Shown here piece after piece: positions 27,403-37,884 of a DNA stretch of 64,000 nucleotides. The stretch covers positions 4,304-68,303 of the forward strand of contig DATAJQ010000238.1 of assembly GCA_036262095.1 (NCBI GenBank). Direction: 5' to 3'. The translations under genes were made by a program, and so were the position numbers. The notes below the pieces were generated by a model. That model was given only the letters and a program-made list of their open reading frames with translations, made no database searches and was not told where the DNA came from. This DNA comes from Chitinophagaceae bacterium. GTDB lineage: Bacteria; Bacteroidota; Bacteroidia; Chitinophagales; Chitinophagaceae. How positions within the stretch are numbered: the first letter of the stretch is position 1; each line of letters opens with the position of its first letter.

Positions 27403-28599
27403 ATGAAAAAGATACTCGTCTCCCTGTTAGTTATCCTTTTTAGCGCAGACTGTTTTTCACAGGCGCTCTCTCCCGGTGATCAAATGCCGGACATTGTTCT
27501 ACCCGTTCCTTTGGCCGGGGGATCTTCTAAACCGGTAAAAAATTTCCAGGGAAAACTATTGATCATTGATTTCTGGGCCACCTGGTGCAGCCCCTGTATC
27601 AGTTCAATGAAAGAGCTTGAGCAGTACAAATCCGCACTTGGAGACAGACTGGAAGTAGTAGCCATTTCTGAAGAACCGGCAGAACGACTGGTTAAGTTCA
27701 ATAAAGCCAGGCCCAGTACACTCACGCTGGCAAGCGATACAGCGGGCACACTTAAAGCTTATTTTCCCCACAGAACCATTCCGCATACTGTATTAATAGG
27801 ACCGGAAGGAAAAGTGTATGCTATCACCAATGCAAATAATATCTCCCTGGATATCTTAAAATTGGCTTTGCAGGGCGTCGCTGTCAACCTTCCATTCAAA
27901 AAAGACCGGGTTGACTTTGACATCGATGAATACCTGAAAGCAGACTCCACCAAACCTGAATACTTCAGCCTGCTGCCATCAGTTGAAGGGGCTGGCTCCA
28001 TGTCAAAGAAGTATAATACCGGCACTTTTAAAAACAGGAGATTAAGCATTATTAACATGACGCTCGATGGTCTTTTCCGCCTTGCTTATGGAAAAACATT
28101 CCACCTCGTGATCAACGAATATGATACCGTGAAGCGCAGCTTTGCCGATATGGAGAAATTTTCCCTTGATGCATGGATCGAGCAACCTGATAAAGCAAAA
28201 CTCATGCTGTTCATTCAACAACAGCTCAAGAAGCATTTTGTGGATGTGGAATCGGTACTAGAAAAACGCAAACAAACCGTTCTTCTTATCAAAGCAAATA
28301 AGGATGCGATCAGCCTCCTGAAACCTTCATCCGAAAAGAACGACAACTTCAACGCAGGCGGCGGCCATTTTGAAGGGAACGGGGTAAAACTGGATGCTTT
28401 GGCAGAATACATGGAAGGATTCGGATTGTTTCCAGGAAAAGTGATCAACGAAACGGGACTGGATGGCCGTTATGATATCTTTTTCCAATGGCAACCGGAG
28501 AAAAAGGATTCCTTAAAAGAAGCATTTGCCGCCCTGGGATTGTATTGGGAAAAGGCAGAAAGAGAAGTGGAAGTGCTGGTGATAAAAAAGAAGGGCTAA
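27403..28599 (+). CDS. Exported fusion of a TlpA-like thioredoxin domain and a TIGR03435 (DUF3738) domain
   Basis: Signal peptide, then LIIDFWATWCSPC (CxxC redoxin). The C-terminal half has LFRLAYGK... and ETGLDGRYDIFFQWQPE...LGLYWEKAEREVEVLVIKK, matching the TIGR03435 signature (TGL.G.YD, LGL.lE...v.vlVI). Confidence 0.7.
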   Translation: MKKILVSLLVILFSADCFSQALSPGDQMPDIVLPVPLAGGSSKPVKNFQGKLLIIDFWATWCSPCISSMKELEQYKSALGDRLEVVAISEEPAERLVKFNKARPSTLTLASDTAGTLKAYFPHRTIPHTVLIGPEGKVYAITNANNISLDILKLALQGVAVNLPFKKDRVDFDIDEYLKADSTKPEYFSLLPSVEGAGSMSKKYNTGTFKNRRLSIINMTLDGLFRLAYGKTFHLVINEYDTVKRSFADMEKFSLDAWIEQPDKAKLMLFIQQQLKKHFVDVESVLEKRKQTVLLIKANKDAISLLKPSSEKNDNFNAGGGHFEGNGVKLDALAEYMEGFGLFPGKVINETGLDGRYDIFFQWQPEKKDSLKEAFAALGLYWEKAEREVEVLVIKKKG

Positions 28600-29468
28600 G
28601 ATTGCCGGCTATTTAAAAAATGATCAATAAGGATCAACACCTCATCAAAATTTGTTTCCAGTACCATGTGGCTGGCATCAATTATATGAACTTGAGCATC
28701 CGGTAAATCTCTTTTGTAGCAATGAGCTTCTTTCACATCAAAGAATGTATCATACCTCCCCCATATAATCAATGCGGGAGGTTGATGCGTTCTGAAATAA
28801 TGCTGAAAAGCGGGAAACATTTCAATATTAGTTTTATAATCACAGTTCAACTCAAATTGCATATCAATATTACCCGGCCTCTTCATCAGTTCCCAATCCA
28901 GCATCCATAATTCAGGGCTGATATTAGGCAGCAGTTCTTCGGGCACGCCTGCAGAATATTGCATTCTTGTACCTTCTTCGCTTAAAAATGCGGCAACATT
29001 TTTCTTTTTTTCCTCAGTAGGGTTTTGCCAGTAATCTTTTGTTTCATCCCATTGCTGTCCGATACCTTCATCGTAGGCATTCCCGTTTTGAATAATGATC
29101 CGTTCTATCCTGCCGGGATGATTTATGCAAAGTCTCAAACCAATGGGACAGCCATAATCGTGAAGGTAAATAGTAAAGGACTCAAGATCTATAACCTCTG
29201 TAAACCTGCTGATACATGCTGATATATTCTCAAAGGTATACTTGAAAGTATTGCTGCCGGGGAAAGCGCTGAAACCAAAACCCGGGTAATCCGGTGCCAC
29301 AAGGTGAAACCTGCCTGAAAGTGCGATCATTAGGTTTTTGAACATTACAGATGAAGACGGAAATCCATGCAACAGCAGCAGGGATGGATTAGCTTTGCTA
29401 CCAGCCTCCCGGTAAAAAATATCAATCCCATCAACATTTACATGCCTGTTGAAGATCTGCCTCAGCAT
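28596..29468 (-). CDS. Alpha/beta hydrolase (epoxide hydrolase / haloalkane dehalogenase-like)
   Basis: LLLLHGFPSSS and the Asp nucleophile context YLHDYGCPIG, plus a C-terminal His region (IDASHMV). Confidence 0.7.
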   Translation of the reverse strand: MLRQIFNRHVNVDGIDIFYREAGSKANPSLLLLHGFPSSSVMFKNLMIALSGRFHLVAPDYPGFGFSAFPGSNTFKYTFENISACISRFTEVIDLESFTIYLHDYGCPIGLRLCINHPGRIERIIIQNGNAYDEGIGQQWDETKDYWQNPTEEKKKNVAAFLSEEGTRMQYSAGVPEELLPNISPELWMLDWELMKRPGNIDMQFELNCDYKTNIEMFPAFQHYFRTHQPPALIIWGRYDTFFDVKEAHCYKRDLPDAQVHIIDASHMVLETNFDEVLILIDHFLNSRQS

Positions 29469-29477
29469 ATTTTTATT

Positions 29478-30656
29478 TTAATTCAAAGGAATGCTCTGCC
29501 TTGCAATTTCCAGTTCCTCGTTTGTAGGAATAACCAGTATTTTAACTTTAGCATTTTTGGTATTGATCTCTGTAGCATTCATTTTATTTTTTTTCTTATC
29601 AAGATCAATAGCTAAGAATTCCATGCCACTGCAAACCATTTCCCTGATCTGTCCATCATTCTCCCCCACACCAGCAGTAAAGATCAAAGCGTCCAGGCCA
29701 TTTAATACAGCAGCATAGGCGCCGATATATTTTTTTATCCTGTAAGCATACAGTTCACAGGCAAAGCGGGCATCTTTATCTCCATTTGCTGCAGCTTTAT
29801 GAACCTCACGCATATCGCCATGTCCTGTAAGCCCCAAAAGCCCCGATTGCTTATTGAGCAAAGTGTTTACATAATCTGCATTCAGCCCGCATTGCGTTTG
29901 CAGGTGCAATACCACTGAAGCATCGATATCTCCAACCCTGGAGCCCATTACCAATCCGCTCAGGGGGCTGAATCCCATGCTGATGTCCATTGATCTGCCT
30001 TCCTGCACGGCAGCAATGCTGCAGCCGTTACCCAGATGTATACTGATCAGTTTTGCATCCGGCTTATTAAGATATTCACTGGCTTTCCGGGTTACATATT
30101 TATGACTGATACCATGAAATCCATAAACCCGGATCTTATCATTTTTGTAATAAGTTAGTGGAAGGGCGTATAGAGCAGCAACCTGTGGAAGCTGATGATG
30201 AAAAGCCGTGTCGAAAACAGCTACCTGTTTTGCCGAAGGAAAGAAAGCTTCTGTCACTTCTATACACCGTAAATTGACAGGATTATGAAGCGGTGCAAAT
30301 GAAAACAATTGCCTGATCTTTTCTTTTGTCTCCTTAGTGATTTCAACCGCTGTTGAAAAATATTCTCCTCCATGCACCACCCGGTGTCCTATTATTTTTA
30401 TTTCCAACGGATCCCTAATAATGCCATGGCCGGAATTGCAAAGCAACAGTACCACCTGCCTCACAGCCTCTGCATGATCAGCCACCGGCACATTCAATTC
30501 ATTTACTTCAGGATCATCTCCAATAGTAAAATGGATATATGATCTCTCATCGCCGATCCTTTCAGCTACCCCTGAGCAAAGCTGGGTTTCCTCAGGCATC
30601 CTGTAAAGCCTGAATTTCACGGAGCTGCTACCGGCATTAATCACCAGAATTTTCAT
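29478..30656 (-). CDS. ackA: Acetate kinase
   Basis: MKILVINAGSSSVKF, GHRVVHGG, FDTAFH, VYGFHGISH. The ATG at 30656 is preferred; the track start at 30689 would overlap xfp. Confidence 0.92.
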   Translation of the reverse strand: MKILVINAGSSSVKFRLYRMPEETQLCSGVAERIGDERSYIHFTIGDDPEVNELNVPVADHAEAVRQVVLLLCNSGHGIIRDPLEIKIIGHRVVHGGEYFSTAVEITKETKEKIRQLFSFAPLHNPVNLRCIEVTEAFFPSAKQVAVFDTAFHHQLPQVAALYALPLTYYKNDKIRVYGFHGISHKYVTRKASEYLNKPDAKLISIHLGNGCSIAAVQEGRSMDISMGFSPLSGLVMGSRVGDIDASVVLHLQTQCGLNADYVNTLLNKQSGLLGLTGHGDMREVHKAAANGDKDARFACELYAYRIKKYIGAYAAVLNGLDALIFTAGVGENDGQIREMVCSGMEFLAIDLDKKKNKMNATEINTKNAKVKILVIPTNEELEIARQSIPLN

Positions 30657-30670
30657 ACTATTCTTGTTGG

Positions 30671-33031
30671 TCAGTATTTCCATTTCCATTCCCTGATCTC
30701 GGGCATGTCCATTCCGTTTTCGTTGATGTAATTACGATGTTTGATCAGTTTGTCCTGCATTTCCTGCTTCAGATAGGAAGCATTGCTTCCAAGGGCGGGC
30801 AAACGGTCTATCACATCTTCTACCAGGTGAAAGCGGTCCATGTCATTAAGTACGGTCATATCAAAGGGTGTAGTGATGGTGCCCTCCTCTTTATATCCTC
30901 TTACATGGATATTATCATGATTGGTACGCTTGTAGGTAAGCCGGTGAATAAGCCAGGGATAACCATGAAAAGCGAAGATCACCGGTTTATCTTTTGTGAA
31001 CAGTGTATCAAAGTCTTTATCACTTAAGCCATGCGGATGTTCGGTGTTGGGTTGCAGTTTCATAAGGTCCACTATGTTCACCACGCGTATTTTCAGTTCA
31101 GGCAGGTTATCACGTAAAATGGAAACAGCCGCCAGCGTTTCCAATGTTGGCACATCACCTGCACATGCCATCACTACATCGGGCTCTGCGCCGGCATCAT
31201 TGCTGGCCCAGGTCCAGATCCCAATACCTTTGGTGCAATGCACTACTGTCTCATCCATAGACAGCCATTGAGGAGAAGGATGCTTACCTGCCACCACCAC
31301 GTTCACATAATGCCGGCTCTGCAGGCAATGGTCCATCACTGATAAAAGGCAATTGGCATCAGGGGGTAAATATATCCTTACTACAGATGCTTTCTTATTC
31401 AATACCACATCCAGGAATCCCGGGTCCTGGTGAGTAAAACCATTATGGTCCTGCCGCCATACATGAGATGCAAGCAGGATGTTTAAGGAAGGCAGCTTTT
31501 TTCTCCAGTTGAGATGCGCTGTCATCTTTAACCATTTTGCATGCTGGTTAAACATTGAATCAACAATATGGATGAATGCTTCATAGCAATTAAAAAGACC
31601 ATGTCTCCCGGTAAGTATGTATCCTTCCAGCCAGCCCTCACATTGGTGCTCGCTCAACACCTCCATTACACGGCCATCCTGTTTCAGGAATTCGTCTGTA
31701 TTGACAGTCTCTGCAAGCCATTGCCGGTTGGTCACCTCAAACACAGCATTCAACCGGTTGGAGAGGGTTTCATCAGGACCAAATAAGCGGAAGTTTCTTT
31801 GATCTGCATTCAGTTTGATCACATCGCGGATAAATGTTCCCAGCACTCTCGTATCACCCGGCCCCATATCACTCCGCTGCTTTATTTCAATGGCATATTC
31901 TCTGAAATCGGGCATGCGGAGATCCTGCAGCCGGAAACCGCCGTTCGCATGCGGATTGGCTCCCATCCTTCTTTCTCCTTTCGGCGCCAAAGCAGCCAGG
32001 GCTGGCTGCAGTGTTCCATTTTCATCAAACAACTCCTGCGGTTTGTAGCTTCTCAGCCATTCTTCCAACTGTTGCAGGTGTTCTTTCTTTTTACGTGGTT
32101 CCGATAAAGGCACCTGGTGGGAACGGAATGTTCCTTCCACCGGCAAGCTGTCTACCATCTTAGGGCCAGTCCATCCCTTCGGTGATTTCAGAATGACCAT
32201 CGGCCAGGCAGGCCTTTCTTTGATCTTTTCTTTTGCCGCATCTTTTTTGATCAGCATTATTTCTTCGATCACCGTATCAAGTGTGTTGGCCATTGCTGCA
32301 TGCATTGGCATGGGATCGTCTCCATCCACCCAATATGGCTTCCATCCATAACCTTTTAAAAGCTGGTCCAGCTCTTCATGGCTGATTCTCGCCAGCAGGG
32401 AAGGATTAGCTATTTTGTATCCATTCAGGTGAAGAATGGGCAGCACAACACCATCATTAACGGGGTGAAGGAATTTATTGGAATGCCAGGCTGTTGCCAA
32501 CGGGCCGGTTTCTGCTTCTCCATCTCCAATCACGCAAGCGACAATAAGACCTGGGTTATCGAAAACAGCGCCGAAAGCATGACTTAATGAATAACCCAGC
32601 TCACCACCTTCATGCATGGAACCCGGGCATTCAGGGGAAACATGGCTCGGAATTCCCCCAGGGAAAGAAAATTGTTTGAACAGCTTTTTCAACCCGTTTG
32701 CATCCTGTGTAATATCAGGATAGATCTCTGAATAGGTCCCTTCAAGATAAGTATTGGCAACCAATGCCGGTCCGCCATGCCCTGGACCCGAAATATAAAA
32801 CATGTCCAGGTCATATTGATTGATGATCCTGTTGAGATGTGCATAGATAAAATTCTGTCCCGGCGTTGTGCCCCAATGCCCCAGGAGCATGTTCTTTACA
32901 TGATCGATCTTCAAGGGCTCTTTCATCAGGGGATTATCCCGCAGATAGATCTGTCCCACGGATAAATAATTGGCAGCCCGCCAGTAGGCATCTATTTTAT
33001 GCAATAAATCAGGCGAAATTTCCTTTCCCAT
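30671..33031 (-). CDS. xfp: Xylulose-5-phosphate/fructose-6-phosphate phosphoketolase
   Basis: Both phosphoketolase signatures are present: EGGELGY and [19 protein letters not shown]. The 786-aa length is typical. Confidence 0.95.
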   Translation of the reverse strand: MGKEISPDLLHKIDAYWRAANYLSVGQIYLRDNPLMKEPLKIDHVKNMLLGHWGTTPGQNFIYAHLNRIINQYDLDMFYISGPGHGGPALVANTYLEGTYSEIYPDITQDANGLKKLFKQFSFPGGIPSHVSPECPGSMHEGGELGYSLSHAFGAVFDNPGLIVACVIGDGEAETGPLATAWHSNKFLHPVNDGVVLPILHLNGYKIANPSLLARISHEELDQLLKGYGWKPYWVDGDDPMPMHAAMANTLDTVIEEIMLIKKDAAKEKIKERPAWPMVILKSPKGWTGPKMVDSLPVEGTFRSHQVPLSEPRKKKEHLQQLEEWLRSYKPQELFDENGTLQPALAALAPKGERRMGANPHANGGFRLQDLRMPDFREYAIEIKQRSDMGPGDTRVLGTFIRDVIKLNADQRNFRLFGPDETLSNRLNAVFEVTNRQWLAETVNTDEFLKQDGRVMEVLSEHQCEGWLEGYILTGRHGLFNCYEAFIHIVDSMFNQHAKWLKMTAHLNWRKKLPSLNILLASHVWRQDHNGFTHQDPGFLDVVLNKKASVVRIYLPPDANCLLSVMDHCLQSRHYVNVVVAGKHPSPQWLSMDETVVHCTKGIGIWTWASNDAGAEPDVVMACAGDVPTLETLAAVSILRDNLPELKIRVVNIVDLMKLQPNTEHPHGLSDKDFDTLFTKDKPVIFAFHGYPWLIHRLTYKRTNHDNIHVRGYKEEGTITTPFDMTVLNDMDRFHLVEDVIDRLPALGSNASYLKQEMQDKLIKHRNYINENGMDMPEIREWKWKY

Positions 33032-33079
33032 GTTTTATTGTTTTAAAATAAAAACTATGCCTGAACCGGATGGATGGCT

Positions 33080-34372
33080 TCAGAACTCTTCATTCAATCG
33101 GGAAGAATATTTTGTGTCCTTCATAAAAAGGTACACACACAGGGATACTCCAATACAGGCAGTGATATACCAGTAAAAATAGGACTCATATCCGATATCT
33201 TTCAGCCAGAAAGCAACATACTCTGCACTTCCGCCAAAAATGGCCACCGTAAGTCCATAGGGCAATCCGACCCCAAGCGCTCTTACCTCAGCAGGAAATA
33301 ATTCTGCCTTCACTACCGCGTTGATGCTGGTATAGCCGCTTACAATAACAAGGGCCGCCATCAGCAACAGGAAGGCTACTGTTAAGGAACTGGTCTGGCT
33401 CAAAGCTGTAAGCAATGGCACTGTGCATAAAACGCCCAGCACACCAAAACCGATCAGCAGGGGTTTTCTTCCTATCCTGTCAGACAAAGCACCAAACACT
33501 GGCTGCAACAAGGCAAACAATAGCAGGGATATGAATGAAAGTGTGGTGGATTGTTGCTTGGTAAGATGCACCGTATTCACCAGGAACTTTTGCATATACG
33601 TTGTATAGGTATAAAATGCCAGTGTACCTCCCAGGGTCAGTCCTGCTACAGTAAGAACTGCTTTCGGATGTTTAAGCAATTCCCTGATAGTCCCTTTCTG
33701 GCGCTTATGCTCTGAAGCATGCAATTCAAAAGAAGGCGTTTCATGCAGACTGCTGCGCAGGTAAAGCGCGATCACAGACAATACAGCGCCGATCACAAAA
33801 GGAATCCTCCAACCCCAGCTATGCAACTGATCTTCGGTCAATAATAATTTCTGCAACACCAGTTGTATGCCTAAAGCGATCAACTGACCTCCGATCAGTG
33901 TCACATACTGAAAGCTGGAGTAAAAGCCCCTCCGGTTGCGGGTGGCCATTTCGCTGAGATAGGTAGCAGAAACGCCATATTCACCCCCTACGCTCAATCC
34001 CTGCAGCAGCCTTGCCAGCAGCAGGATCACAGGAGCTGCAATACCAATCGTTTTATAGGTAGGGGTAAGTGCGATCAGCAATGACCCGAACGACATCAAT
34101 AATACAGACCATGTCATTGCTTTCTTGCGGCCCTGTTTATCCGCAATGCGGCCAAACAACCATCCGCCGATCGGACGCATTAAAAAGCCCAGTGCAAATA
34201 CTCCTGCTGTATTAAGCAACTGGGCGGTTGCATTGCCCTCCGGAAAAAAGGAAGAGGAAAAATATAAGGCAAATGCTGAATAAGCATACCAGTCGTACCA
34301 TTCCACAAGATTACCAATAGAGCCACCAATAATTGCTTTTAAACGGGGAAGGGATATTTTTTCAGCAGGCAT
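33080..34372 (-). CDS. MFS transporter, metabolite:H+ symporter (MHS) family
   Basis: GNLVEWYDWYAYSAFALYF and GRIADKQGRKK are typical of KgtP/ProP-type MHS carriers, with about 12 TM segments. Confidence 0.8.
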   Translation of the reverse strand: MPAEKISLPRLKAIIGGSIGNLVEWYDWYAYSAFALYFSSSFFPEGNATAQLLNTAGVFALGFLMRPIGGWLFGRIADKQGRKKAMTWSVLLMSFGSLLIALTPTYKTIGIAAPVILLLARLLQGLSVGGEYGVSATYLSEMATRNRRGFYSSFQYVTLIGGQLIALGIQLVLQKLLLTEDQLHSWGWRIPFVIGAVLSVIALYLRSSLHETPSFELHASEHKRQKGTIRELLKHPKAVLTVAGLTLGGTLAFYTYTTYMQKFLVNTVHLTKQQSTTLSFISLLLFALLQPVFGALSDRIGRKPLLIGFGVLGVLCTVPLLTALSQTSSLTVAFLLLMAALVIVSGYTSINAVVKAELFPAEVRALGVGLPYGLTVAIFGGSAEYVAFWLKDIGYESYFYWYITACIGVSLCVYLFMKDTKYSSRLNEEF

Positions 34373-34523
34373 AGTTTATTTTTTCGGACCCTGTATTTAC
34401 TAAAGATAAGGGGAATAAAAGAGACACCAGAGGAAGTATCCAACATATCGCAGTTCACTTCTACTGAAAGCCGTTAAAGCAGAATCGGAGAGAAGGAAAA
34501 TGGGTTGAAGAAGAATAAAATGA

Positions 34524-34550
34524 AACGGCCACTGAAGATCAGTGGCCGTT
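34524..34550 (-). terminator. Rho-independent terminator after the PhnB-like gene
   Basis: An 11-bp stem aacggccactg / cagtggccgtt with a 5-nt loop. On the minus strand it is followed by TCATTTTATT. Confidence 0.65.
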
Positions 34551-34590
34551 AGCTTATTTTAAACCCTGGCTGGTGATACGCTTCAGGTAA

Positions 34591-35091
34591 TTAGTCTCCG
34601 TTAAATGCTTTTTCCAATTGGGCAATATCAAGCTTTTTCATTTTCATCAAAGCCGCCATCATCCGGCCCGACTTTGCTTTATCTTCACTGGTTACCATTT
34701 TTTCCAGGATAACCGGCGTCACTTGCCAGGAAAGGCCATACTTATCTTTCAGCCAGCCGCATTGCTGCGATTTGGGATCACCACCGGCAGTCAGTTTTTC
34801 CCAGTAATAATCTATTTCAGCCTGGTCTTTGCAATTAATAACAAAAGAAACGGCTTCACTGAATTTAAAAATAGGGCCGCCATTCAGTCCCAGAAATTTA
34901 TGTCCGTCGAGTTCAAACTCCACAGTCATCACTGAGCCTGGTTGTTGGCGGTGCTCTTCCTGTCCTTCTTTTCCATAGTAAGCGATCTTGCCAATACTGG
35001 AATTCTTGAAAACAGATGTATAAAATTTCGCTGCTTCTTCCGCCTGGTTATCGAACCACAAGCAGGATGTAAGTCTTTGGAATGTAGCCAT
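34591..35091 (-). CDS. VOC/glyoxalase-superfamily protein, PhnB-like (3-demethylubiquinone-9 3-methyltransferase domain, PF06983)
   Basis: MATFQRLTSCLWFDNQAEEAAKFYTSVFKNS...GWLKDKYGLSWQV is typical. The ATG at 35091 is preferred over the track start at 35205. Confidence 0.75.
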   Translation of the reverse strand: MATFQRLTSCLWFDNQAEEAAKFYTSVFKNSSIGKIAYYGKEGQEEHRQQPGSVMTVEFELDGHKFLGLNGGPIFKFSEAVSFVINCKDQAEIDYYWEKLTAGGDPKSQQCGWLKDKYGLSWQVTPVILEKMVTSEDKAKSGRMMAALMKMKKLDIAQLEKAFNGD

Positions 35092-35191
35092 GATAGCCTC
35101 CTTTTTTAATTGTGATAGAACAAAAATATTAAGAAGCTCCGGAGCAAGAAGTGTGCAAATACGACAATCTGAGGGTTTATTGCGACCAGTA

Positions 35192-35554
35192 TTATCCCTG
35201 GTCATTCATACGCCGTTGCCGTTTTTCTTCCCTGAACAGTGCAGAAGTAGTGAGAGATAATAACAAACTGAATAAAAGGCCTGACCAGAAACTATCTATC
35301 TTAAAATCCTTTATCCATTCGCCTGCTATTAATACTATGACCGTATTGATCACAAAAATGAAAAGGCCGAATGTAAAGATCGTTAAAGGCAGGGTGATCA
35401 ATATGAGTAATGGGCGCAGGAAAACATTCAATAAGCCAAGCACAATCGCAAACCAGATCGCTGTGCCATAACTTTTGATATGCACACCTGGCAATACCTG
35501 TGAAAGGATATAGGCGATAGCCGCGATAACCAGCAGATGCAGGATCAGTCTCAT
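35192..35554 (-). CDS. Small membrane protein of the phage_holin_4_2 / DUF360 (YvlD-like) family
   Basis: 120 aa with four TM segments, and the pattern LSQVLPGVHI...AIWFAIVLGLLNVFLRPLL. Confidence 0.65.
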   Translation of the reverse strand: MRLILHLLVIAAIAYILSQVLPGVHIKSYGTAIWFAIVLGLLNVFLRPLLILITLPLTIFTFGLFIFVINTVIVLIAGEWIKDFKIDSFWSGLLFSLLLSLTTSALFREEKRQRRMNDQG

Positions 35555-35641
35555 GCTTCAAATGTATTCAACAAAACCCGAATTTTCCGGTTTTCTTACA
35601 GGGAATGTCTTGTTAAAAACAGAAGGCTCGCAGTGCAGTGA

Positions 35642-36526
35642 TTATATAATGCGCAAAGCACGGGCCAGGGATTCCCTGTCTCCTGCCGGCTCAGGCAGGC
35701 TCATCATCAGGGCAATCATTGCATAAATATCGGCCGGCTTTTTCCCTTCCTTACGTAAAAATTGTATCGAAGTGGAGCCTGCCGATTTGGAAAACTTCAA
35801 TCCGTCTTTTCCGGCAAGCAGGGGATGATGAAAAAAATGGATGCCGCTGAAAGCAGGTTTATTCAGTACTGTTGCGAGATACTGTTGCGCAAGCGTGGAA
35901 GGCCGGAGATCTTCTCCCCTCACTACCAGGTCCACACTCCAGTACAGGTCATCAACAAGAGAAGTCAACTGATATGCGGGAAAACCATCCTTTTTTCTTA
36001 CGATAAAATCTTTCAGACTGGCTGGCAATATGTCCCTGGTGATTGCCCGTTCAACCGTTTTTATGCTCAGCTCCCTGTTATCCGTTTGCAAGCGCCAGCA
36101 GGCATCTTTTGTATCCAGGGGAATGCTTTTATTGCGGCAGGTGCCAGGATAAACCCCAGCAGGGCTCGCAGACAGAATTTGTGCTCTTGAGCAGGTGCAG
36201 GCAAACACTGATCCCTGCTCTTGTAATTGGGATAACGCTTTTTCGTATAAGGGTAAGCGATGAAGCTGGGAGAATTCTTTTTCAAATTCTGTGTAGTTAC
36301 GCGGGCCTTCATCCCAGGGTATCTCCATAAAATGAAGCGAATCAAAAATATCCTGCACATATTCCCTGCCGGCACGTTCCCTGTCCATATCATCGATCCG
36401 CAATAAGATCTGCGCACCCGTTTGCCGGGCCAATACTGCTGTTAATGCAAATGACAATACATTGCCCAAATGAAGAAAACCACTGGGAGTAGGTGCAATT
36501 CTTGTTCGCTTAAACTGTAGATCCAT
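35642..36526 (-). CDS. gluQ: Glutamyl-Q tRNA(Asp) synthetase (truncated GluRS paralogue)
   Basis: RIAPTPSGFLHLGN (HIGH-like), RIDDMD, and LKFSKS (KMSKS-like). It is about 295 aa and lacks an anticodon-binding domain. The ATG at 36526 is preferred. Confidence 0.8.
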   Translation of the reverse strand: MDLQFKRTRIAPTPSGFLHLGNVLSFALTAVLARQTGAQILLRIDDMDRERAGREYVQDIFDSLHFMEIPWDEGPRNYTEFEKEFSQLHRLPLYEKALSQLQEQGSVFACTCSRAQILSASPAGVYPGTCRNKSIPLDTKDACWRLQTDNRELSIKTVERAITRDILPASLKDFIVRKKDGFPAYQLTSLVDDLYWSVDLVVRGEDLRPSTLAQQYLATVLNKPAFSGIHFFHHPLLAGKDGLKFSKSAGSTSIQFLRKEGKKPADIYAMIALMMSLPEPAGDRESLARALRII

Positions 36527-36664
36527 CACGCTTACTATACATACTTTAAGCATCAGGCTGCATAGCCATCAGCATAGTTAAATATAATACCTTTACTGAT
36601 TCGCCATGAATGTAATATTATTACTTCTTCCCTCCCCTGGCTCAAATTTTGAAAACTATCCTTT

Positions 36665-37357
36665 ATGAATAACTATGTACTCGATATAAAAGAAATTACT
36701 ATCCGGCTTCTTATTGCTGTTGTTTTAGGTGGTCTTATTGGTTGGGAAAGAGAACGCAAAGAAGGAGCTGCAGGCCTGAGAACGCATATGCTGGTCTGCA
36801 TCGCATCTTCATTGATCATGATCGTTTCCACCTTTGGATTTAAAGATGTGATAGGCCACCCTGGCATCTCTCTCGATCCTTCCCGGATTGCAGCGCAGGT
36901 AATCAGCGGTGTTGGTTTTCTTGGGGCCGGTACTATCCTGTTCCTGAAACCACAGATCGTAAAAGGATTGACCACGGCTGCAGGGTTATGGAGTGTTGCA
37001 GGCATCGGGCTGGCCGTTGGCGGCGGTTTGTATGCCGCGGCTATTATTACTACTGTAGTGGTGCTGATAATACTCGCCCTGATAAAGCCATTGGAACAAA
37101 GGATGTTTAAAAATAGCCGTGATCATACGATCAATCTTTCATTCAATACCAAACAATTTGGGCTCATTGACCTGGAAAAATTGCTGAAGAAAAATGAGCT
37201 CTCACCAGCAGAGATGATATTGCAGACCAGTAAAGGTGAAGAAAAAGGTAGTCTGAAAATCAGTTTTACCGAAAAAGTATCACGTGAATCCGTTCTGGCC
37301 GTTCTTGATGAATTAAAAAAAACAGAAGGGATCACTGAAATTTCTTCACGGATCTGA
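36665..37357 (+). CDS. mgtC: MgtC/SapB-family membrane protein
   Basis: RLLIAVVLGGLIGWERERKEGAAGLRTHMLVCIAS and GVGFLGAGTI. Confidence 0.85.
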   Translation: MNNYVLDIKEITIRLLIAVVLGGLIGWERERKEGAAGLRTHMLVCIASSLIMIVSTFGFKDVIGHPGISLDPSRIAAQVISGVGFLGAGTILFLKPQIVKGLTTAAGLWSVAGIGLAVGGGLYAAAIITTVVVLIILALIKPLEQRMFKNSRDHTINLSFNTKQFGLIDLEKLLKKNELSPAEMILQTSKGEEKGSLKISFTEKVSRESVLAVLDELKKTEGITEISSRI

Positions 37358-37539
37358 ATAAGGAATGAACTGTGTAATATCATGCCCTGCTGCGGGGATG
37401 ATATTACACAGTCAGCCTGCAATTGCTCTTTTCGGAGTACCGACCGCTGACCATAAGCTTTGTTGAACCGGCTATGGAATAAGGTTCAGTTTTTGATCCT
37501 GCAGATAAAGATCATATACAGGAACTTTAAATAACGGCC

Positions 37540-37872
37540 ATGGTAAACCATTCTAAAAATCCGTTGCAACCCGAGGAGCAGGAAGACAGGCGGATTGAAG
37601 AGGAGATCAAACGGAAATTCAACGCCATTACTACCTGGGATGCCACTGGTATTAAAGTCAAAGTCAAACACAGAACAGTATTGCTGACCGGTATCGTAGC
37701 CAATTCAAAAGCACTGGAGCAAAGTATCCTGGTCATATTTACCGTCAAAGGCCTGAAGCAGATCGACAATAAGGTCAGGATAAGAAAGGAAGGTATCGCT
37801 TCAATAGTCAGTCACCTTGCTTCAGACATTGAAGCAATGACGGACGACAAGAATAAAGACAAGGATAAATAA
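37540..37872 (+). CDS. BON-domain protein
   Basis: IKVKVKHRTVLLTGIVANSKALEQSILVIFTVKGLKQIDNKVRI matches the BON pattern. Confidence 0.6.
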   Translation: MVNHSKNPLQPEEQEDRRIEEEIKRKFNAITTWDATGIKVKVKHRTVLLTGIVANSKALEQSILVIFTVKGLKQIDNKVRIRKEGIASIVSHLASDIEAMTDDKNKDKDK

Positions 37873-37884
37873 GGCAATACCTGT

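Noticed and set aside
35192-35554. A phage_holin_4_2-type membrane protein as a possible prophage or lysis-cassette marker.
   Set aside because: This DUF360/YvlD family is widespread as a chromosomal housekeeping membrane protein. No endolysin, spanin or phage gene lies nearby.
35642-36526. A functional link between gluQ (which modifies the queuosine of tRNA-Asp) and the tRNA-Asp gene at 9570, given that both lie in one window.
   Set aside because: They are 26 kb apart, on opposite strands, with many unrelated genes between them. This is most likely coincidence.
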